64,000 nucleotides of DNA from Eubacteriales bacterium (GTDB taxonomy: Bacteria; Bacillota; Clostridia; Oscillospirales; CAG-272), in the NCBI GenBank assembly GCA_045533115.1, contig JAZSHF010000005.1, forward strand, positions 3,268-67,267. Reading direction: 5' to 3'. Positions 59,084 to 64,000 of this stretch are shown in pieces. Below the pieces are notes generated by a model. That model saw only the letters and a list, made by a program, of their open reading frames with translations. It had not been told where the DNA came from and ran no database searches. The first letter of the stretch is position 1, and each line of letters opens with the position of its first letter. The position numbers and the translations under genes were made by a program.

Positions 59084-60127
59084 ATGAATAATACTAAAAC
59101 AAACTCTCCGAAGATCAAGAGAGAATCTAAAAACAAGATCAAGGTAGATTTTGAAAGAACAAACTGGTGGACTCGCTTCCGTCTCCGCTTCCTTACCGGA
59201 AACGCGATAAAGAAGGGGCTCACGTGGATCTTCAGATTTCTCCTTCTTCTCGGAATCTCGTACGTAATTCTTTTCCCGTTCTATACGAAGATAGCATCGT
59301 CGTTTATGGGACGTAACGACTTCATCGACGTAACGGTCAAGCTTATTCCGAAAAGACCGACTCTTGATACCTATAAGGCAGTAATCGAGTATCAGGATTA
59401 CTTCAAGGGACTTATGGGAACGGCGACTCTTTCGCTGGTTTGCGCGATTCTTCAGACTTTTGTCTGTGCGCTCATCGGCTACGGCTTTGCCAAGTATAAG
59501 TTCAAGGGCTCGAAGCTTCTGTTCGCTCTCGTGGTCTTTACGATGGTAATTCCTCACGATACGCTTCGCCTTTCAATGTATATGAAGTTCCAGAATTTCG
59601 ACATCGGTCTTGGTGGATTTGGAATTTTGAAAATGCTGGGTCTCAAGCCTATCAACTTTTTGGAGACTACTACGCCTCTTATGATTCTGTCGGCGACGGG
59701 ACTTGCCTTTAAGAACGGACTCTTCATATTTATGATGAGACAGTTCTTTGCGGGTGTTCCAGACGAGCTTGAGGAGTCTGCATACATTGACGGCTACGGC
59801 CCGTTCAAGACCTTCTTCAAGATCATCATCCCGATTTCGATTCCGATGCTTATAACGATATTCCTCTTCTCTTTTGCATGGCAGTGGACGGATAATTTCT
59901 ATGTAAATCTCTTTAACATGAGATATAACGATAATATCTTCCTGCTGAACGATATACAAGGTATACCGGCTGTGCTCAAGGTCAAGGGATATCCGGGAGA
60001 AGCGCTCTTCACGTCGGCGGTATACAGTACCGAGGCTATCCTGATAATGCTTCCGCTCGTAGTGCTCTACCTCTTCTTCCAGAAGTATCTGGTACAGGGT
60101 ATCGAGCGTTCCGGTATCGTTGGATAA
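59084..60127 (+). CDS. ABC sugar transporter permease (MalG type), second pair
   Basis: EAA loop LEESAYIDGYGPFKTFFKIIIP. RBS AAGGAGGG lies 7 nt upstream of the ATG at 59084. Confidence 0.85.
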   Translation: MNNTKTNSPKIKRESKNKIKVDFERTNWWTRFRLRFLTGNAIKKGLTWIFRFLLLLGISYVILFPFYTKIASSFMGRNDFIDVTVKLIPKRPTLDTYKAVIEYQDYFKGLMGTATLSLVCAILQTFVCALIGYGFAKYKFKGSKLLFALVVFTMVIPHDTLRLSMYMKFQNFDIGLGGFGILKMLGLKPINFLETTTPLMILSATGLAFKNGLFIFMMRQFFAGVPDELEESAYIDGYGPFKTFFKIIIPISIPMLITIFLFSFAWQWTDNFYVNLFNMRYNDNIFLLNDIQGIPAVLKVKGYPGEALFTSAVYSTEAILIMLPLVVLYLFFQKYLVQGIERSGIVG

Positions 60128-60136
60128 TATTAAAAC

Positions 60137-60174
60137 AAAAATCGGCTGTATTCGTACAGCCGATTTTTGTTTTG
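60137..60174 (+). terminator. Intrinsic terminator ending the ABC-type locus
   Basis: ATCGGCTGTA-ttcg-TACAGCCGAT followed by TTTTGTTTT. Confidence 0.85.
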
Positions 60175-60190
60175 GGAGAAGTGTTTTTTG

Positions 60191-60553
60191 TTAACTTTTC
60201 TTACTTGTGCAGTTTTTCCCACTTTTCTTTGCTCGTGCAAAGACAAGTTTCAAAAGAAAGTGCGCCAAGGGGCAAACCGCAAAAATTTGCGAAAGCAAAT
60301 TTTTACACGTTTTCCCCTTTGGAATCCCCTTTCGTTCGCCCGTGTCATTCTGAGCGGAGCGCCGCCAGACCCATTCGACCGCGCTCAGGGTGACGGGCGG
60401 CGCGAAGTCGAACGGCGAAGCCGCGCCGTAGGCGGAATCTCGGGCGAGAACCACGTTGTCTAGCCTTCCCCTTGGGGAAGGTGTCGGTCGAAGACCGACG
60501 GATGAGGTGTAGCCGCCGTAGACGGCGTTGTAGGGCGGGGGCTTGCTCCCGCC
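60191..60553. repeat. Composite: family-E copy, a GTCATTCTGAGCGGAGCG-type segment, a mosaic left arm and a REP
   Basis: Family E at 60191-60334. Left arm at 60464-60529. REP GTAG GGCGGGGGCTTGCTCCCGCC at 60530-60553, identical to 6022-6045. Confidence 0.8.
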
Positions 60554-60585
60554 GTTGTCCCGCTGATAGAACGAATTAACACAAT

Positions 60586-60620
60586 ATAAAAGCGACAGTC
60601 GATACAGACCGTCGCTTTTG
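60586..60620 (-). terminator. Candidate terminator after the lipoprotein gene
   Basis: AGCGAC...GTCGCT stem with a short U-run on the minus strand. Confidence 0.5.
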
Positions 60621-60636
60621 ACATGTTTTTATGCAG

Positions 60637-62109
60637 TTAGTTATCAATTATATTGCCATACTCATCGTAATGAATAACGTTATAGATTTCTCCGTCAGCA
60701 TTATAAAAGGTTCCGGTCTTTACTTCACCGTTTTCGTGGTAGTCGTAGCAGACCTTTTCGTCGGGATAGTAGTAGGTTTCGCTCGTGCGGATCTCGTTTT
60801 CATTATAGTGCGTTTCAATTTTGAGATTTCCGTCGGCGTCGTACTGATTTACCAATTTATAATTGCCGTTATCGTAGTATGTGAAGACGTTTCGGCTTCC
60901 GTCCTCAAATCCGCCAATATACTCAATTACGTAAGATTCTTCTTCCGCGTTATTGAAATTACGCGTTATGTCTATGATGCGTTTTTCTCTAATATTTCCG
61001 TTGTCAAAATAGCTTTCGAAGGTGAAAATATTGCCGTCAAGGGACTCTTTTTGTGAGAGCACTCCGGGTGAGCCGTATGTTTCTCTGTATATTACTTCTG
61101 TTCGTTCGGAATCGTTTTCAGAAGGAAGGGTGATTCGCTTTTCAAAAACACTTCCGTCGGAGAAATATTCAATACTGACCTCGTTTCCGTCCTCATTATG
61201 ATACATTTCATATTCAATAGTGCCGTCGTCACGATATGAGCGCTGCCAAATGACTTTGCCGGTGGAGTCATTGAATTTAATGTACTCTTGCTCTGACCAT
61301 ATCTGATCTGTGTATTCGTGATAGCTGACATCGTGGCATTTCACGGTTCCGTCGGAAAGGTAAGTGAATTCGTAATTTTCGGTGATCCATTTTGTGCCGG
61401 AGTCATCTACTTTATAGTACACTCGCCGCTTAACTCTATTCGAAAAGTCCTTAACCTCGTAGCTGTACTGGTCGTACATATCGTCGTATTGAGGTTTTCC
61501 GGTGTGCCAGAAGGTGCCGAGCTCTTCATCGTAAGTCGTTTCAACCTTTTCATTCACCTGAGAATACATTTCCCAGACGTCGCTTCCCGCTTTAATAGAA
61601 ACGGTTTTTCCGTCAATAAGGTCTGCCATCACGGCTTTCTGGGAGTCGGATAAGCCCAAGTCCTCAAGCTGACTCATCATTTCCGATTTTACGGCCTCGG
61701 CGTTTTCAGATTCTATTGTCATATTGATGTTAGCACCGGTGAATCTGAAGTTGCATTTATTGCCCTTCATTTCAGAGCCGCCGAAGTGCAGGATCTCAAC
61801 GGTGAATTTGTAGGCGTGTCCTGCCGACGTCTTGGACGTGCTTTCGGACTTTGAGAAATAAAGAACCACGCCGTCTCCGACAATAAGCTCTGTGGATTCA
61901 TTCGTCCCGTCATCTTTTTCGGTCGAAACAATGATGTTTTTGCTTAAATGCTCCTTGACCTTTTCCATATCCATGGGAAGTTCTTTTACGTCACCGAAAA
62001 CCTTTTCGAGGTTTTCGTTTGCCTGCTTGCCAGACATAAATGAGTCTGAACAAGAAAACATTGATAATACGATAAATATGGTTAAGATCAAACATGAAAA
62101 ACGCTTCAT
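60637..62109 (-). CDS. Lipoprotein with MORN-variant / YwqK-like repeats
   Basis: Signal peptide and lipobox LSMFSC. C-terminal repeats of the Y..DG....E..Y..NG type. The gene is visibly more AT-rich than the housekeeping core. Confidence 0.7.
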   Translation of the reverse strand: MKRFSCLILTIFIVLSMFSCSDSFMSGKQANENLEKVFGDVKELPMDMEKVKEHLSKNIIVSTEKDDGTNESTELIVGDGVVLYFSKSESTSKTSAGHAYKFTVEILHFGGSEMKGNKCNFRFTGANINMTIESENAEAVKSEMMSQLEDLGLSDSQKAVMADLIDGKTVSIKAGSDVWEMYSQVNEKVETTYDEELGTFWHTGKPQYDDMYDQYSYEVKDFSNRVKRRVYYKVDDSGTKWITENYEFTYLSDGTVKCHDVSYHEYTDQIWSEQEYIKFNDSTGKVIWQRSYRDDGTIEYEMYHNEDGNEVSIEYFSDGSVFEKRITLPSENDSERTEVIYRETYGSPGVLSQKESLDGNIFTFESYFDNGNIREKRIIDITRNFNNAEEESYVIEYIGGFEDGSRNVFTYYDNGNYKLVNQYDADGNLKIETHYNENEIRTSETYYYPDEKVCYDYHENGEVKTGTFYNADGEIYNVIHYDEYGNIIDN

Positions 62110-62277
62110 AAAAAACCCTCTTTTCTGTAATTTTTGATGTTATACCGGGGATTGGGTCGACTTTTCCTTATATCGCTTTGCTTATTATCATTATATCATA
62201 GTTTGGCTTAGTGTTCAAGGGGTAATAAAAATCCCCCGTATATAACGAGGGATTTCTGCTTCTGGTGCGGGTAGCGT

Positions 62278-62400
62278 GGTTTTCCACTTTTCTTGCTCGT
62301 GCAAGAAAAGTTACAAAAGAAACACGCCACAGAGGACAACGGGCTTGAATTTTGCCTATGCAAAATTCTGCACACGTTTTCCCCTTTGGAATCCCCTTTC
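62278..62400. repeat. Family-E 125-bp repeat (third copy)
   Basis: CCACTTTTCTTGCTCGTGCAAGAAAAGTTACAAAAGAAACACGCCA...GAATTTTGCCTATGCAAAATTCTGCACACGTTTTCCCCTTTGGAATCCCCTTTC aligns with 5878-6004 and 60191-60334. Confidence 0.85.
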
Positions 62401-62445
62401 TTTTTTTGCGTATAGTTAGTCGTCGCAAAACTTCGTATTCTACCC

Positions 62446-62474
62446 TTGACAAATCACACTTCAAATGTTATAAT
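62446..62474 (+). promoter_or_regulatory. Consensus promoter of tRNA-Leu
   Basis: TTGACA at 62446-62451, a 17-nt spacer, TATAAT at 62469-62474. Confidence 0.75.
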
Positions 62475-62494
62475 ACATAGCGTCAACTAAATAT

Positions 62495-62581
62495 GCGGGT
62501 ATGGCGGAATTGGCAGACGCGCTAGATACAGGTTCTAGTGACTTCACGGTCATACAGGTTCAAGTCCTGCTACCCGCACCA
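62495..62581 (+). tRNA. tRNA-Leu (anticodon CAG), class II with long variable arm, CCA encoded
   Basis: GCGGGTATGGCGGAATTGGCAGACGCGCTAGATACAGGTTCTAGTGACTTCACGGTCATACAGGTTCAAGTCCTGCTACCCGCACCA. The anticodon stem is CTAGA/TCTAG and the loop is TACAGGT. Confidence 0.85.
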
Positions 62582-62588
62582 AAGCATT

Positions 62589-62638
62589 CAAACCCGAACC
62601 TTTTACCAATCGGTGAAACGTTCGGGTTTGTTGTTTTC
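62589..62638 (+). terminator. Intrinsic terminator after tRNA-Leu
   Basis: CAAACCCGAAC ... GTTCGGGTTTG followed by TTGTTTT. Confidence 0.75.
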
Positions 62639-62745
62639 TTAAACGTTCATACATAAGTCTTTGTTTGTGGCAGTACGGAGTTAGTCGCTCTGTACTGCCA
62701 CTTCTTCGTTTCAAAGAAATTTCGTACATAAAAGGAGATTTTGAA

Positions 62746-62904
62746 ATGAAGATTCTTAAAACAGTTGTTTTGATATTATTGATAGCAGTAAATTTACAGA
62801 CTGGATATTATGCTTTGTTGTATAAGGCAACAACATCAACAGGTGCTTTTCTAATATGTTTAGGTATCACCTTGTTTGTTGCAAGCGATGGCGGCATTAA
62901 TTAA
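62746..62904 (+). CDS. 52-aa two-TM hypothetical membrane peptide in the low-GC region
   Basis: MKILKTVVLILLIAVNLQTGYYALLYKATTSTGAFLICLGITLFVASDGGIN, with the RBS AAAGGAGA 7 nt upstream. Confidence 0.5.
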   Translation: MKILKTVVLILLIAVNLQTGYYALLYKATTSTGAFLICLGITLFVASDGGIN

Positions 62905-62952
62905 TACTAAAAATTATTACTATACAAATTACCTCTTTACAAACTAAAATAG

Positions 62953-62992
62953 AAAAAGCTCTTTCAACACCTAACGATTGAAAGAGCTTTTC
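62953..62992. terminator. Bidirectional terminator between convergent island genes
   Basis: AAAGCTCTTTCAA ... TTGAAAGAGCTTT flanked by A and T runs. Confidence 0.7.
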
Positions 62993-62994
62993 TG

Positions 62995-64000
62995 TTATTC
63001 TATTTCTTCAACTTTGATGATATTTCTAAGATGAATATTGTGGTGTATAAAGTTTTTACTATCTAATTGCTGCATAACTTCGTCATATACCGGTGCCTTT
63101 CCTTTTGGGTCACGTATAGTAAGAAGCAAACAGTATTCTTGTGACAATTGATAATTCTTGTCTGTAGCGTCTTGTTCTATAAAATCTCTGAACAATCCCT
63201 CAATTTTTAGATACCACTTTCTATCTTTTCCTAAATACCGTTCCTTATTAGAAGGTGTAACATCTCCTAAGTCTACGGCATATTTTTTTATCGGGTGAAA
63301 TTTCTTTCCATATTTCACCAAAGTGCATTCGCGTTCAAAACCATTTTGCGGATAAACACCTTTAGTTCTTGAACTATAACAGTTATCTAACAATAGATTT
63401 TGTGCTTCGTCAATACCTTTTGGGTTTTTAATTGTGGGCTTAGTGATATCTCTATCTTTTTCATTTTGATATGTTCCAAAGAAAATGTCAATATTTGACT
63501 GACAATATTCTCCTGCCTGCTTGTCATCAAGTAAAGATTTTGTAACAAGTGTTACAATAATTTGGCCTTTAAAATAACCATCCTCATCAATTAAACTTTC
63601 GGGATACGGAAAGTCAAACATTTCAATAAAACTGCCCTTATCTAATGTATCACGCAAAATTAATGTTATTTCATCAGAGGAGTTATATAACATTTCATCC
63701 ACGCTAGATGGTTTCCCAAATCCCATTTGACCAATTTTATCGGACATATTCATATTGCACCCTGTAGGATACTTGGCATTATGAATCAAGAGAGCTTTGA
63801 TAAGTAGCGGATCGAAATTATTATTCATTAAATATGATATTTCTGCAGCCATTCGAGTGACCCAAGGAGTTGAAAAACTTGTTCCAACATTATATGCGGG
63901 GGTCCCATCAATACCAAAAGAAGGTACACCCGTTATGTGAAGTTTTCCATTATGCATTCCCGCATTACCGCCATAAAAAACTAAATCGGGTTTTACAATA
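62995..64000 (-). CDS. S8 (subtilisin-family) serine peptidase, C-terminal part; the gene continues past the window end
   Basis: Catalytic-Ser motif GTSFSTPWV. The reading frame stays open upstream of the track's Met to position 63999 (...IVKPDLVFYGGNAGMHNG...). The DNA is strongly AT-rich. Confidence 0.8.
   Translation of the reverse strand, partial: IVKPDLVFYGGNAGMHNGKLHITGVPSFGIDGTPAYNVGTSFSTPWVTRMAAEISYLMNNNFDPLLIKALLIHNAKYPTGCNMNMSDKIGQMGFGKPSSVDEMLYNSSDEITLILRDTLDKGSFIEMFDFPYPESLIDEDGYFKGQIIVTLVTKSLLDDKQAGEYCQSNIDIFFGTYQNEKDRDITKPTIKNPKGIDEAQNLLLDNCYSSRTKGVYPQNGFERECTLVKYGKKFHPIKKYAVDLGDVTPSNKERYLGKDRKWYLKIEGLFRDFIEQDATDKNYQLSQEYCLLLTIRDPKGKAPVYDEVMQQLDSKNFIHHNIHLRNIIKVEEIE

Overview
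Origin-proximal chromosome segment, probably from a Clostridia-type Firmicute (inferred from gene content and order). The minus strand carries gyrB, a remB-like gene, recF, dnaN and dnaA, with two DnaA-box clusters. About 34 kb of mostly minus-strand housekeeping operons follow: rny; a Fur/PerR-like regulator with rubrerythrin and rubredoxin; a Na+-translocating biotin decarboxylase cluster; tRNA-Arg(ACG) next to tadA; rlmH; SAM riboswitch-metK-folA; a MurJ/SpoVB-like flippase; hemZ-dtd-relA-recJ; and cdaA-cdaR. Gene orientation switches near 42 kb (glyA onward). Further right lie a 12-kb seven-gene ABC-type locus with unusual accessory proteins and a low-GC island beside tRNA-Leu that ends in a truncated S8 peptidase gene. 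The most unusual content is non-coding. Almost every intergenic gap holds a modular, nested-hairpin mosaic repeat: H1 = ACCTTCTCC-N4-GGAGAAGGT or CCTTCCCC-N4-GGGGAAGG; a variable hairpin H2; the box GGATGAGGTGT/ACACCTCATCC; and GTAG-plus-hairpin REP units with several different stems. A RAYT-like HUH transposase gene (13274-13768) carries an inverted pair of one REP variant in frame inside its own coding sequence. A separate array of short hairpins with ATGATG/CATCATT boxes lies between candidate promoter and terminator signals at 19.1-19.3 kb. No CRISPR array or rRNA was seen. All calls come from reading the sequence and the ORF track; no searches were run.
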